64,000 nucleotides of DNA, taken from assembly GCF_006345805.1 (NCBI RefSeq), contig NW_021832231.1, positions 496,001 to 560,000 on the forward strand. The letters are read 5' to 3'. The translations under genes and the position numbers were made by a program. The notes beneath the pieces are model-generated. The model was not told where the DNA came from and did not search any database. It worked only from the letters and a program-made list of their open reading frames with translations. Position 1 is the first letter of the stretch; every line of letters starts with the position of its first letter. Shown here piece after piece: positions 50,889-64,000 of the stretch. The stretch is from Octopus sinensis (Eukaryota).

Positions 50889-51374
50889 CAGTGAATACCC
50901 CCAAATTTGCCATTCTTAAATTCGCCAATTCTTAGATTCGCCTTTTTTTAAAAAAAAATTCTAGTTTCAATGGAAATTCGCCAATTCTGAAATTCGCCAG
51001 AATTTTTGAAAATTTTTAAATAAAAAATACAAAAAATATTGATAAATAATACATTTTTAAAAAAGCATGGCGCAACGTGGGTTTAGTACTATACCATTTC
51101 CCATACTAAATGGGATTAACACCAAACTAAGTGGGAAAAAATCAAAATATAAAGAGACAACAAATGGGACTGAAATATTAATTTAATAAAAAAGCCTAAT
51201 TCTTTGTTAAAATAAAATAATTTTTTTCAATTACGTCAATTTTGGCTATTTTCGAATTATTAAACAGTTCTACTCACATTCAAAAATTATTGATTATATT
51301 CTGAAATTCGCCATTTCTCAAATTCGCCGCAAAAATGACGGAACCAAAAATGGCGAATTTGGGAGTATTCACTG
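50889..51374. mobile_element. Tc1/mariner-pogo type MITE
   Basis: TA target duplication, TIR CAGTGAATACYCCCAAATTYGCCAT, repeated internal AAATTCGCCA motifs, no ORF. Confidence 0.9.
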
Positions 51375-52173
51375 TATTAGCCTGTTCTACACAACGCCAA
51401 GTATACACTTAATTAAAACATAATAAATCACTTTAAACTAAAAGAGATCGGAACACATACTCCTTTAATCGTGCAACTGCACGTGCCTTTTAACCGTGTT
51501 CTTTCCTTTTGTTAAAAAAGATTTCATCAATAAAAGAAACTAAAAGATACTATTGAGTAAGTTCAAGTCATCATACATCCCTCATCAGGCATTCAGAAAT
51601 GACAAAATCTTTCTTATAAATTAAGTTCTAAAGATTTTATCCAAAATATTGCAAAAAAGTAGAGACGACATACCCAATGACACATCTCCGCGCCCCTATA
51701 GAAAAATGGGAAGAACGTCAAGAAAAATAAGGACCCTCCCTAGATAAGCTGAAATCACCTGATTAGTTATATTGTGTTTTTATACGGTGGTCTTGGTTAA
51801 ATAATAATATGGCTGTTATACTTTCTGATCAATATCTGACGATCCAAAAATTTTTTACCTCTTTTTAACCGTAAAAATATAAAAGACAAGTTTTTAAAAC
51901 TCAGGCAAGTTGGTGATCGACATAAAAAGTCAAAAATTCCTCATGAAAGATACGGGCAACATAGATAAAAGGCCAGTGTTCATTAATATATCAGACAGCA
52001 GAACAGTTGACATATGGAAGCGAATAAACCACAGTTTACTGTAATCTTTTTAAATCTACCCACAGTGGTCTTGAAAAGAAAAACATTGGAAAAACTTAGT
52101 CAATAAAAAAGGTGACTTGATGCAAGAGAGATTTCTTAATGTCTCCAAAGAAAAAAACAAAGAAAAAAGTAAA

Positions 52174-52728
52174 TTATTTAAGAGGGATAAATCTAGATGA
52201 ATGCGTGGCACCATGTCCTGGTCTCCCGTGTTGTACGGGCTTGTAAGTCATGGAAAATTCTCCCAAATAACGTCCAACCATCTCAGGCTGACAAATAACC
52301 CAGTAATAATCAAACCTTAATTTCTACTTTATTGTATATCTTTCCACTGTATACTCCAATAACAGAACCAATCATGACTGGATCCACAATCACGTTCCTT
52401 AAGTGGGTTTTTACTGTCTTAAAAATATTTGTGATAAAGATACTTTGGGCTTCTCATACTCGGCTGCCTCCTTCTTTGCCTTTGCAAGTTTTGACAAAAG
52501 TTTGATTTCTCCACGCTTTCCTGCACATCGCCTCATATGTCGTCGAGCTCGGGAAGTCGTCAACTCAGCAAACTCGGTCCTGTTGGATGCGTCAATAGGA
52601 GTTTAACCTCGACAGCTGAAGCAGTTTTTCTACATTATATCCTCTGTATGTAAATCGTTGAAATGTTCTACGTTTTTGTACTGGTTTATCAGCCTAAAAA
52701 TAAATTAAAAAATATAAGGGAATACCAT
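52174..52728 (-). CDS. RPS15: 40S ribosomal protein S15 (uS19)
   Basis: M|[24 protein letters not shown]...[41 protein letters not shown]. Four introns of 26-32 nt, the first right after the ATG. Confidence 0.96.
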
Positions 52729-53309
52729 TACAGCACGCTTAACAAAGAGCACGTTTATATAAATAATTTAGTAGTTTCAATTATTATAATTTTAATAATA
52801 ATCTTAATAAAATAAATTCTAAAATATACCCGTATATTATTCTTTGGAAGAATGAATATATTTATACTGGACAATTTTCCTAATAGGTTTCTCAGAATTT
52901 TAGCAACGTAGACTGCAGTTCTTTTAAGTCTCTCTAGAAAGGTCTGTGATGTCAGTTTAACCCAGATTGGACTGTCTTGTTTGTTTTGGAAAATGTGTTC
53001 CTTCTTAGATTATCTATTAGCGAAAAATCGTATAAAAATGACTCGACTTTTTAAATGATTTCCCCGCACATTAAATCAAGTTATGGCAACTCTCCAGTTT
53101 GATTGGCACTGCTCTTTTGTAAAGAGGATAGATAGAGCCGTCTACTCGCATTTGCATTATCATTCCTGAACAACTCACAAAAAACAGAACTTTTTTTCGC
53201 AATAAAGAAAAACATTTTTGCAGGGTATCTTCAATACATTGCTTATTTCTACCTGCTTAAATAACTTTGCGAATAGAGGAAGTAGCGACCAGATGGAGAA
53301 GATTATAAA

Positions 53310-54010
53310 AAAAATCTTTGTAAAAAAGTATTATATTTATATAAATATGTCTATATTGTTTTTGATTTTGAAATAGACCGAAGAAATTAGTTGATAGAAA
53401 GTTAGTATTGGCTCAAAAGCCAATTGAAGAATGTCTGAATATAAAATAATCTTACTTGTTTTTTCCACATGAATCTACATACTTGCCCTTTCCTTGATAT
53501 CATTTATTCCAACATAGAAATGTGTTTTTGTATCATTTAAAAAAGTTTCTGCATTTTATTTTATTTATGCGTTTACTAGAAATATAATCACTAATTTTTG
53601 GCAGCGTATATTGGCAAGCGACCCTTTATGTTTTTTACAATATTTTTGTGCATTTTCTCTATTCATTTTATCTTGCACAAGAAAATAACATTTTCCTCCA
53701 AAACAGTCTGAAATAAAATGTGATTAATTACTTTCAGATATTGGTGAATTTGCAACGAAAAATGACAGAATTAAAAAATACAACATTTTACTTATTATTT
53801 TTTGCTACTATTTATGCTGATATTTTTTAATTAAGCAACATCATATGGTGGGCAATTATGTTTTTTATCATTAATGTTTTTTAAAAATCACTTAATATTA
53901 ATGAAAGTCGTTATTTTTATATAGTATTATTTCTCTGGAATTTAGTCTTGGTTAATTTTATAGTCTCATTTGAAATAATAATCAAATAAGTTAAATTTTC
54001 TTCATTTTTG
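53310..54010 (-). pseudogene. Inverted, deleted duplicate of the C-type lectin gene with its flanks
   Basis: Highly similar reverse copy of ~47040-47980; 1-nt deletions and loss of ~210 bp covering the WND region and last exon. Confidence 0.88.
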
Positions 54011-54639
54011 AAATAAAAATTATACATACCTAATATAATAGACAAATCGATTTATTATCAATTATAGCGTATACTTGAAATAATTATCAGTCAAATATTT
54101 GTTTTTATTAATATCATTAATTTATTCTCTTTCTATATTAAAAGTTTTTATTAGAACAGTGGCTGTGCTGTGATCTCCTTTGTGGTTATTCTTAGGCCAC
54201 TTAGTAAAGGAAAAAGCACTAAACTACTATCTTTTAAAAACAACTTGGGTTTATTTAATTTTTTATTACCAAATATTTTTTGAAAACAAAATGATTGAAA
54301 CGTTTTGTTATAAAATTAGATTAATAAATAAAATCAATCAGTAAATATGAAAAATAATCTTTGACAAGTAAGGATAATAATTTCTCTTAATGAAAATCAA
54401 AATTACCCAAATTGTCATTTTGAGAAAAAATTTTCGGTACTTTTGCATTTCATCCTGCACGAAAATAGCCAGTAAATGAATTAATGAAAATTTTTATGAA
54501 TATTAGATCAAAAATTTAACAAATTGAACTATGTCAATTTTGTAAATTTTATTTTTAAAAAAATTTGAATTTTTTACCGGCTTAGTGGTGTCAAAACAAT
54601 ACCGACAAAATTAAATCTGAGCTATTAACGACCACCTAT

Positions 54640-54985
54640 CTAAAAAGACACAGTTGTTGGTTAATGAGAATGCTTATCATCATTCCCTCAGTGAAAAAAT
54701 CTTTATTACAACAAAAAAGGTCAGTTGGTAGTACGAAGCGTGATATCGGCGGACAAAATTTGACGATGGCATCTATTAGCTCATCGATGGAGTTGTCTAA
54801 ATGGCTCACTTGAACTGTATGTTCGACACCCACTTTTATGGCACACCCATGTTGTATTCTCCTGCTGTTGAAGAAGGGTCATAAAATGTCTGTTTTGACA
54901 TTTTTTTGGGAAAGATTCCAACCTCTTGAAGGAAGGCAACTGACTCCATTTCAGTACGGGGAAATTCATAGTCCTTCAGTTTTGC
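54640..54985 (-). mobile_element. Merlin/IS1595-like transposase N-terminal remnant
   Basis: TEMESVAFLQEVGIFPKK and WVCHKSGCRT zinc-ribbon-like pieces in shifted frames. Confidence 0.45.
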
Positions 54986-55699
54986 AAATTTAATTTTTCA
55001 GGCATTCTCTCCTTATTGAAAAGAACAGCGATGCATCGTCTTTGATCACAGTTATTAAAACTGACGATGAATACATCAAAGCACTTTTTCCTTCCCTAAA
55101 AACGTATTAATTTAAATTCACAGCACATGGAAATAAATTTCTGTTATTATTTGACTCAAATCAATTAACAAACGACTTTAATATTCTGAAATCATATGAT
55201 AAAAATTACTATTTGTAAAATTAGTTATAATAAATAAAAAAATTCAATCACATGATAAAGGCGAGAAGTGAGCCATCAGAACAGCAAGTATAAAATATTT
55301 AACCAGTAGAAATAGCTGCGTGAATTTTTACTAATTTATAATAAAATAGCGTCAATATGCTTTAATCGTTGTATTTTCAACACAATTAACATTAAACTAG
55401 AATCAGAAGAGGTTCTCTTTCGAGTCATTATTGTTAGATCGAATGTGTCGAAAAATGTTTTTCCAAACACTTTAATTGCAACCCAATAATTGCTCAGAGA
55501 TATTTATCAATTCAGAACGATGCTCAAAGAAAAATGTCGGAAATAAAGAATGATTACATTATTGGTTCTAACAAGACAATTTAAACTGTTAATCAATTAA
55601 ATATCTTTTTCTATAATCTCTGCTACTCAAAATCCTACTCGAAGTTGTTTCATCAATTATATAATCCTCATTAATTTACATTCCCTGTTTAATGTAATA

Positions 55700-56260
55700 G
55701 CAAGGTGAGACATGTTGTCGACACCATACTTGTATTCTACAATCATGGTCTTTAATATTTTCTTTAAAACAACTGTCTAATATATGCCTGGATAGTTTTT
55801 TGATCTTCTAAGATTTATATTTTTTCTTGGAATTGTCGTATCGACCTGCATCGTAGCAAAACTATCTGAGATAATAATCTGAACAGAGTGATTTTCAATC
55901 TTTTGGAGTTTTCTATTCAAAATGCTTTGTTTCAAATTAATTTTAAAGTTCAAAACAATTTTTCACGATTTGAGCCACGTTCTTGCTTCTCTGGTGAAAT
56001 ACGGATTCTTTTGTTTTCTGGATAACCACCGACTGAATGTAAGCTCGTTTCTGTTTTTCAAGACTTGCTCCAAGGCTTTTTGTGAAGTGATCCTATTCTC
56101 ATTTTGACGAGTACGAAGATTTCCAGAAGATTCTTTTGTTTTGGACTTTCGTATCCGTACTTATTGTCGTATCAACAGTAATCTTCATAGAGTATTCATA
56201 TCCATTGACTGAACAGAGTGAATTTTCAACTTCCTGGTTTTCATAATTCTATACTACCTA
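55700..56260 (-). mobile_element. Degenerate R4/Dong-like 3' fragments (two)
   Basis: KIENHSVQIIISDSFATMQVDTTI and KLKIHSVQS resemble the 24758-24988 segment. Confidence 0.55.
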
Positions 56261-56535
56261 TATAAATACAGATATACAAATTTAACTACTTCATTTTTTC
56301 TTTGTATGAAACACAGAATAACATAAAGGTTTGAATTCAATGATACAAATTTCACAAATCTTTATAGACATAATATTTGCATTCTGCAACATTGATAAAA
56401 ATGGTTAAAAGAATCGGCTCTATTACAGAAAACCAGAGAAAATAGATCTAAGCACTTAATGCCAACTTCCACAATAACAATCGTGATCACAATGTCCGGT
56501 TTGTTGTGCTCACAGCATGAGTGGTGCTTGCTGGG

Positions 56536-58279
56536 TTATCCACCTTGATGTACATCTTCAAGTTCACATACACCGATTGAACTCGATGTGTTCGCAACTT
56601 TCTGAACCAAAAAACTTAAATGCAATTTTTAAATTTCAAAATAAAAAACGCAAAATTAATTTGATTAGTCCAAATCTTCATTGGACAGCACAACTGCCCT
56701 GATCCGTCCAGGTGTCGGCTGAATAGGTGGTTCTTCATTCCGCACAACCTTGAGTAAACGAATAACCCGACTACCTTAGTATCCATAAATACTTTTGGAA
56801 TCGAAACATGGGATACTTTAACCTCCTTAGCCGCCTTTATAAAACAACCCAATTCGTCGTACAAATGAGAACCAAATACACCAAAAGAAGTACTGACATA
56901 CGTTCGAGCTTCATCATCCTCCATGACCTTCGTTACTTCGTAAATAAGGGGAGTTACGACAACCTAGAAGACGTACACATACATTACCTTAATTTGATCA
57001 ATCACACGTTTAATCAAATTTTCATCTTCTAAAGAGAACAAATCACTTTCTTGGACTTGCACCACAACAGTGGAAATCACAGGGAGGACAGGCAAAAGGA
57101 AAACACGCACAACATTCAATCCCAATTCCCCCAACGCAGATATAATACCAAATATGGAAAACAGTGTTAGTTTAGTCCACTCAACGTGTGCCAATATCGA
57201 TGTTATTCTCCGGAATAGACGATTTGACGGAGTATCAAAATAATTTGCAATTCGGGCCACAACCTTTCCCGCCAAAATACGTACTTCCAGTTGATCAAGC
57301 GAAGTCCCAATTTGGGCACAAACAACACAACTCAAAAGCTCAGGAAGAACTCCTTCAATCTAAAATGCCACGTTTCCGTGAATTTACATAAGGTTCGAGA
57401 CAGACTGAATTATTGGACAGCAAATGGTTAACCATCATCAACAGGGATGCCATGGTCTTATAGTTATGAAGCATTCCCAAATTGGCACGAATCTATAACT
57501 CAAAATCCACTAAATAAACTCCTTCCGAAACAAAATTTAAAAGAAATGAAACAATTTGTTGCAGTCCGCTGTCTTCGGAGAGAGACTTTAAGGCATCCTG
57601 GCAAATAATCACATGCCAATACATTTTGGAGATGGCTGTTCTCAGAAATACATTTGTCTGTCACTTCTTTTAAATATATTCGATGCACCTTAGAAGTACT
57701 GGATGAAAGCTCACCATTTGAAGCTGTGGACCTCCCCAAAGCGTGGTTTCTGATTTTCTGAAATTTTGAGTGCGTTCTTTACGGGGTTTTGAAGTTTCTG
57801 GGTTTTTTGGAAAAATATTTTCAGGTAAGTCGACTGTTTTTCCATTGACAGCAAACCAGTGACCTTCATTTGGTGAAATCTGGAATACCGTGGAGTCTTC
57901 CTTCACGTGGGACTGCGGTGGTTGGCTGAAATGCAGATTTGTAATTATTCCCGGATTTTTCAGTGAAAAAATAAAACTTCTTACCGTTGAAAGTCCCCGA
58001 TTCCACTTTTTCTGTAAATTTCTCTCGAGTCCCTTTGGGAATCTAAAAATGTTATTTGGAATATATTACTTCAAATCCTGTATTTTTAAACGCATTTTTG
58101 ATATCAAAAAATGTTAGTTTTGTGCCTTTTCTTGAAAAACATATTTTTCTTGCTTCCTATGAGTTGAATTATATATTTTTTACTTGTAGTATTAATTGTA
58201 GCTGTTTTAAAGTTGTATCAGATATTAAAGACACTCCTTGATTCGGTAAGCTGTCTATTTCAATACTTTCTGAGGTCAT
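56536..58279 (-). CDS. TAF6: Transcription initiation factor TFIID subunit 6
   Basis: N-terminal histone-fold region, GHWFAVNG..PEN, YLKEVT..C, DSGLQQI, LEPY, RILAGKVVARI, GIISALGELG. 3' end approximate. Confidence 0.85.
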
Positions 58280-58625
58280 AATGGTGAAATCTGAGATTGT
58301 TTCACGAATGAAACTCATCCCACAAAAAAGAAAAAATGAATAGTATTTTAATTGAATTAAATAATTATTAATTTATATATTATTTAGTCATTGTGTTGAT
58401 ATTTGGATTAAACCAAAAAAAAATTTCTATAATACACATCTCTAGAAAAAGGAGGCCTAATACTGTTTTTATATATCAGATTATATTTTTGAATTAATTG
58501 TGACAAATTCTCGAAATTGTATCCGATCGTAATATTATAGGAATCCAAATGAAAATATGTAACTATGACTCAAATACAGTAAAAATTTTATTAAAGAAAT
58601 ACAAGAACATACAGAAATATTTGAA

Positions 58626-61033
58626 TCAACTTCCCCTAAGATATTTATATACCCATTCCTTTTTAATTGCAGTTACATTACTATAATATAATACATATAT
58701 TCAAACCGAATATAGCATTTACCATTACTCTCAACAATTTCCTGAAATACAACAAAAGGTGTCCGAGTCTTAAATAGAATAGAAGAAGGATGAATATATA
58801 CTTTCTGTCTGAGAGATATCTAAACATATAAAAAGAAAGTACAGTTTCATAAACATCATCGCTCTTATTCTCGGCCACATTTCGAATCAAACCCGAAATA
58901 AGACACATTTTTACATTCTCGTAATCACTTCCACATGACACAAGCTCAGTCTTGTTAAGCCGAAACAGATCCTTCAACTGATACCTAATACTCAGAGCCA
59001 AATGCATATTAGTCGAGTTGACAAAATTAGCCGCACACCATTCCTTTAAATACTAACAAGTCAAGAACCTTTTTATTTTTTGCACTCATGTATGCCCTGA
59101 ACACATTAAGTGAGGTGATATGATCACTGTATTGATCCACAAACCGTTCAGTCACCTTACACGCTTTTTCACGCTAATATGATGACTTAAACAGTTCAAC
59201 TTTATCGTGGGGAATATAAAAGTATGAATCAATCGACATCATGACGACAATAGCCAATATTTCTTCGCTGCACCTCAAGCTGATGGACTCTACGAGTATT
59301 CTTCCAAGTCTGACGTCAACAGGAAGGGCAATAATCCGTTTCCCGCATTTAGTCATCTACAAAAATATTTAAAAAAGAACAAACTGAAATTTCTCCAGTC
59401 TTTTCATTACAAAAAATCGCGTTTAGTGACTTTAGTTCATCAATTGAATCCCGGATTGCTTTCTTTGAGGGTTTCTCGATAAAATCGAAATTTTCAATAT
59501 CCTTCACACGAACTCCCAGCAAGACCAAAATTGTGTTGGTCAACCTCGTTCTTTCACTTATAAGTTGGCTACCCAAACCTGTGTATTTCTGCGAGGGTAA
59601 ACTTCTCCATTTGAGTGTATTCTTCATCAGTATACATTCTGTAACAAAAGCCAGGACCTTCCCTAGCTGCTCGTCCCGCCCTTTGAACCGCCTGGGCTCG
59701 GGAAGTCATTCCGATGGTCATCACCTCCATCATCTTCCCGGGGTCGTAGGTCCTAAAAACGTTAAAAATAAAAATACTTCATTTTTACTCTCCCTGAGTC
59801 CACCACATGAGTTATTCCAGATATGGTCACAGAAGTCTCTGCAATATTGGTGGATATTATTATTTTCCTCACATTCTACAGTCTTTCAAAGCATTATACA
59901 TTATTCGGACTCACAAACGCCTCGTTTTGTAATTCAATCGGAAGAGCCCCGTAAAGAGGCCTGATATAAGCGGGAACCAGAAAATCTCGTCATAAAACTA
60001 GAAATTACAAACCTCTGGGATGTTGTTTGATAATTTTCCGAACAAGTCGAATCGTCCTCTCAATCTCGTCCTGTCCCGTCATAAATACCAATATCCCCTC
60101 ACTGATGACTACAAAATCTACAAACCTGGCAGGTTTTTCGCTATGCAACTGCAAAGTAGCCACAACACACGCATCGACGTACCCCGGCAAGGAAGACCGG
60201 TTCACGTGAAAAATCTGACTTATTAATTCCCAAAAATACCTTTAAAGGATGAGGTCTTCCCCCACAAACCAGAACAGGACAATTTGAGAAATATGTTTGG
60301 AAAATGTCAACATTCATAGTCGCAGACATGATTATAACCTGATTTGACTTATTGTGGGATACTGTTAGAGGATTGTCTGTTCCTCGACGCTCTTCCTGGG
60401 CCATTTTTACAACTCCAAGCAAAGCATCGCCCTGAATCGACCTTTCATGTACTTCGTCGAGAATGATGGCGCTATAACTGCTCAATATAACCCAATTGAT
60501 CGTACGCGGGTAAGTTTTTTCTCGGAATTGCTTCACGGAGGAGCATTCCATCGGTCATGTAAATTATTTTGGTAGATTTTGACATTTTTTCGTCAAATCT
60601 AACTTTATAGCCAACCTAAATAATATTTTAAATACTGCCAGACAATGTCTCCCAGAGAACTATTGGTCTCCTCTGCCACTCTGGCTGCCACTGATATCGC
60701 AGCGATTCTTCTTGGTTGAACACAACACACAATCCGTTCGTTATCTTGTAATAAAGTGTGGACGATCTAAAGTGGAATAAAACTCATCAACTTTTGGGAT
60801 TTGGGTTGTTTTACCACTACCAGTGTCACTTATGACAATAAATGTCTCCAGATTATTTATATAATGTTCTATATAGCGAAGTTCCTTGTGAATTGGTAAA
60901 TTAGGATTACATCCTAATTTGATAGAATTAATTATATACTGTAATCTGGTTCGTCGTCATGGAAGAAAGATAAATTTCGTTTTTTACTCCCTCCTAATAA
61001 CTTTGGGAAATCTACATCCTGGGTTGCTGACAT
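58626..61033 (-). CDS. DHX33: DEAH-box RNA helicase, DHX33-like
   Basis: [65 protein letters not shown]2/OB-fold [19 protein letters not shown]. Confidence 0.85.
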
Positions 61034-61357
61034 TTCTTATTGTTAATAAACACACAAGATAATATAAGAGCACGAATATTTATTTTTATTTATAGGGTTG
61101 AACTATCAGTTTAAAAATTTTAATTTGTATCTATATTAACAAAAAATATTTATTAATTGATTTTTGTAAGAGTTTTAAAGTATCTATAATTTTTTTATTA
61201 TAATTTACATTTCTATTATAACAAGCATGTAAATCGATTAATGCACGTGATTGATTTTAAAATTTGGAAAAATGTCAATCATATTTACTAAAATCATATT
61301 TTATCTTGAAAAATTATAATGGCTTCTTTAGTTTTTTCCACATAGTATGAAAACTAT

Positions 61358-61800
61358 TTATATTATACTTTTGAATTTCGTAATTCCGATATCATTTTTG
61401 CAATTTAACTCCTCCATGACTTTCTCCGTGTAAATATTAAACAGTAGCGGGGATAGAATACAGCCTTGTCGGACGCCCCTCCCAATACCGAAACAGTCTG
61501 TGTCTCCATAAGGAGTCCGCACAAAACCTTCTTGGTCAGTATAAAGAGATTTTATTATTGATATAAGATGATGAGGAATTCCAAATTCTTCCAGGACGGA
61601 CCAAAGTTTCACGTGAGATACGCAATCAAAAGCCTTGCGATAGTCAATGAAACACATGAAAAGAGGCTTCTGGGATTCATGGGATTTTTCCAAAATCCAT
61701 CGAAGGCTGGAGATGTGATCTAATTTCGTACTCTCTAGTAGCACCTTTCTTACCTGAGTAACCGGATCGCAAAGTCCATCTAACAATGAGTGTTTATTTT
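61358..61800 (-). mobile_element. RTE-clade LINE reverse transcriptase fragment
   Basis: FIDYRKAFDCVSH, GVRQGCILSPLLFNIY. Confidence 0.9.
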
Positions 61801-62384
61801 GATAGATCAGTGCATTTCATTTTTGAGGCATTTCTTTAAAGCATTTCTTTGGTTCAAGTATGTTGTGTTGACGTCAGTGTTATAAATTAATTTCAATTTT
61901 TAGGACTATCTATTCGATGGCTTTCCATGGAGTTTTCAAACAGTGATTTAGTCTCCTTGTTCTTTTTTAAATTTACCAGTAAGCTATATTTACAATTTTA
62001 GTCATTTACCTTTGTAATATATTTTCAGGTTGTGTGTTGGATAATTTTGGTGCTTCAGACGACTGTATTAATATAAATCAAGACTTCCCCTTTGTAGACT
62101 TCCTAATTTAACATTTTCGATTTGTTTTTCCCCCAAAGTTCGGTATTACCGAAAAGGATTGCTTAATTCTTGACACTTTTTTACTCCATTAGACTGGTTA
62201 TGCAGCTTGTTGATAACAAAAGAACTATTTCAAACGAATTTAACCACTTTATATAATTATGCAAAAACAGCTTTAACAAACACGCTCGATAGGTTTACAT
62301 TAGTGTTGAATAAATGACTCAAGGTAGGTATCATAGTTAAACCAAGAATAAAACAAAAAGGTTAATTGGAGAAATCGTGAAAAA

Positions 62385-64000
62385 TTATAACTTATTGTAA
62401 ATAGTTAAGTAAATATTGCAGAAAACATCAGCAGATGTATGTACGGTAAATAGGGAGTGTCCGTCATTGGGATAATAATAGAGCCTAATATTAAAATAAC
62501 ATGGAACTTGGCATCTATCATATTCGCTTTCAGTTTATTATAAAATTCCAATCCTTGAAACGGAGGAACTCTTCTGTCGTCTCCTCCAATAAGAAGACAA
62601 ACCGACACATCAGTAGAAATCTTGTAAAAATAAAAACGATTAGTTCCTACGTGAGATAGATAGTTCAAAGCAGATCCTTTATTTAAAATGGACAAATCTT
62701 GATCTGTCGGTCCTACCCTATAGTCGAAGCCTGTTCCACACTCCCAGCAGCACCAGTCGGGTATGTCAGTAGCAGAAAACATTGCTCGTAATAAAAAATA
62801 TAAATATACTTGCAGGGTTTATCACTGGATTCAATAAACACACACTTTTAAACAATTTCTATAAAAAATCAAAAAATATAAATAACCGGAAATTGACCGA
62901 TCAGGTGGGCTCCAATAAAGCCGCCATGAGAACCACCAACGTAAAATATATCCTCAGAAATATCCTTATATTTATTTAACGTATCCATAATAGCCAACTA
63001 AAAGGAGAATTATTAATATAATATACGTGAACATCACTCACGTCATCCTGTCCAATCCGACCAAGCAATGACCTCAACATTCCGTCCACATAACCAGTCG
63101 ATCCCCGATAGTTCACTTTAAATTTTTTAATATAAAAAACCCGTCAAAACAGCAAATCCACAACAACACAAACTCATATGAAGAGGGTTGAAAGAAGAAG
63201 AATAACAAGAATGTGGACCTCCTATAATTTAAAATAAGCAATGCTTATACCATGAGCAAATACAACTAACGGGCAGACTCCGTTGGGTTTGATCAAAGAA
63301 CTTTCAAATGCCAAATAATCTGAAAATATAAAAATCAAAAAGAATATTCCTGAAACTGTGTGGCAAGATATTTGTCGATCAAAATTTAAATCTTTCTGAA
63401 TATCACTGGCACAAATGTTCCACGATATTGAAGGACTATTCGAATCTCCACAAAGTCTGCCTACAGCCTTAAAATATTTAATAAAAAAGACAAGAAAATG
63501 AGGAACTGAGGGAGATGATATCACTCCTACCACGATATCGTCCAACACAGCCAAAATATTAGCAAATGGCCAATCTGGAAAAAATACAGTAAAAACTTGA
63601 ACCTTTACAACCTGGAAATGAATTCTCCACTTTTGTGACATCACCAGAAGTCAGATTTGCTACAAAGAGAACACTTCGAAAGCCACAATCGGACGAAAAA
63701 AGAGCACAGTTCCCGCCAAAAACAAGATGAAATGGGTGAAGAGTATAAACCCCCACAAAGCCATCTTCCCTCGTACTGTGAGGGACTGAGACGATACATT
63801 CATCACGACACGACTCCAATTCAAGACATCGAATTTGTTTAGCCTGGCAATGTGGGCCAGGAGACTCCGAAGACAAATAAAACAGCTTAGATCCCTCCAA
63901 CGAAAACACGAGACTCATTATAAACTTCTCTTCTAATTCGGGGATAGAAAGTTCGTCACAAGATACATTAGAAATGACAATTCGACAACTAAAATATATA
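62385..64000 (-). CDS. APEH: Acylamino-acid-releasing enzyme (S9C peptidase), 5' part outside the window
   Basis: PLVVFAHG|GPH, VNYRGSTGYG, GGSHGGF nucleophile, ATDIPDW, DRRVPPFQG, YPNDGHSL. Confidence 0.9.

Noticed and set aside
51560-52170. Possible plus-strand spliced gene convergent with RPS15
   Set aside because: Some exon-like stretches, but I could not build a consistent model or recognise a family.
20988-61242. AATCGATTAAT upstream of VTA1 and DHX33
   Set aside because: AT-rich motif, and ATCGAT also occurs at non-promoter sites; cannot be told from chance.
1-64000. tRNA, rRNA, snRNA or spliced-leader RNA genes
   Set aside because: None recognisable by eye; a covariance-model search (Rfam, tRNAscan-SE) would be needed to exclude divergent ones.

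Overview
AT-rich eukaryotic (metazoan) genomic DNA. Compact gene islands with very small GT-AG introns (mostly 22-32 nt) alternate with dense clusters of decayed transposons. The intron sizes suggest a dicyemid-like reduced parasitic animal, but that is inference. Recognisable genes: a rearranged tropomyosin locus, PI4KB, WDR64-like, VTA1, SSDP/SSBP, CCDC87-like, glycogen phosphorylase, GFAT, a miniature HCF, a secreted C-type lectin plus its inverted pseudogene, RPS15, TAF6, DHX33-like and a partial APEH. Mobile elements include about 10 CRE-like retrotransposon pieces, R4/Dong-like, RTE and Jockey/I-like LINEs, and hAT, Tc1, mariner, Tigger, Merlin and Ginger-like pieces. A 6.2-kb TGTCA..TGACA element with a 5-bp target duplication encloses nested LINEs and a telomere-like array. 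The most interesting signal is in the tropomyosin locus (minus strand). Three pairs of mutually exclusive exons (118/118, 71/71, 76/76 nt) are interleaved as 4a-4b-5b-5a-6a-6b. The central intron carries two adjacent GC-rich elements that pair either upstream or downstream, a candidate RNA switch that selects a whole exon set. The upstream pairing covers exon 4b's likely branch point with a U2-like sequence. Both nonsense codons fall in the canonical-type exons. Gene models were spliced by eye and some ends are approximate.
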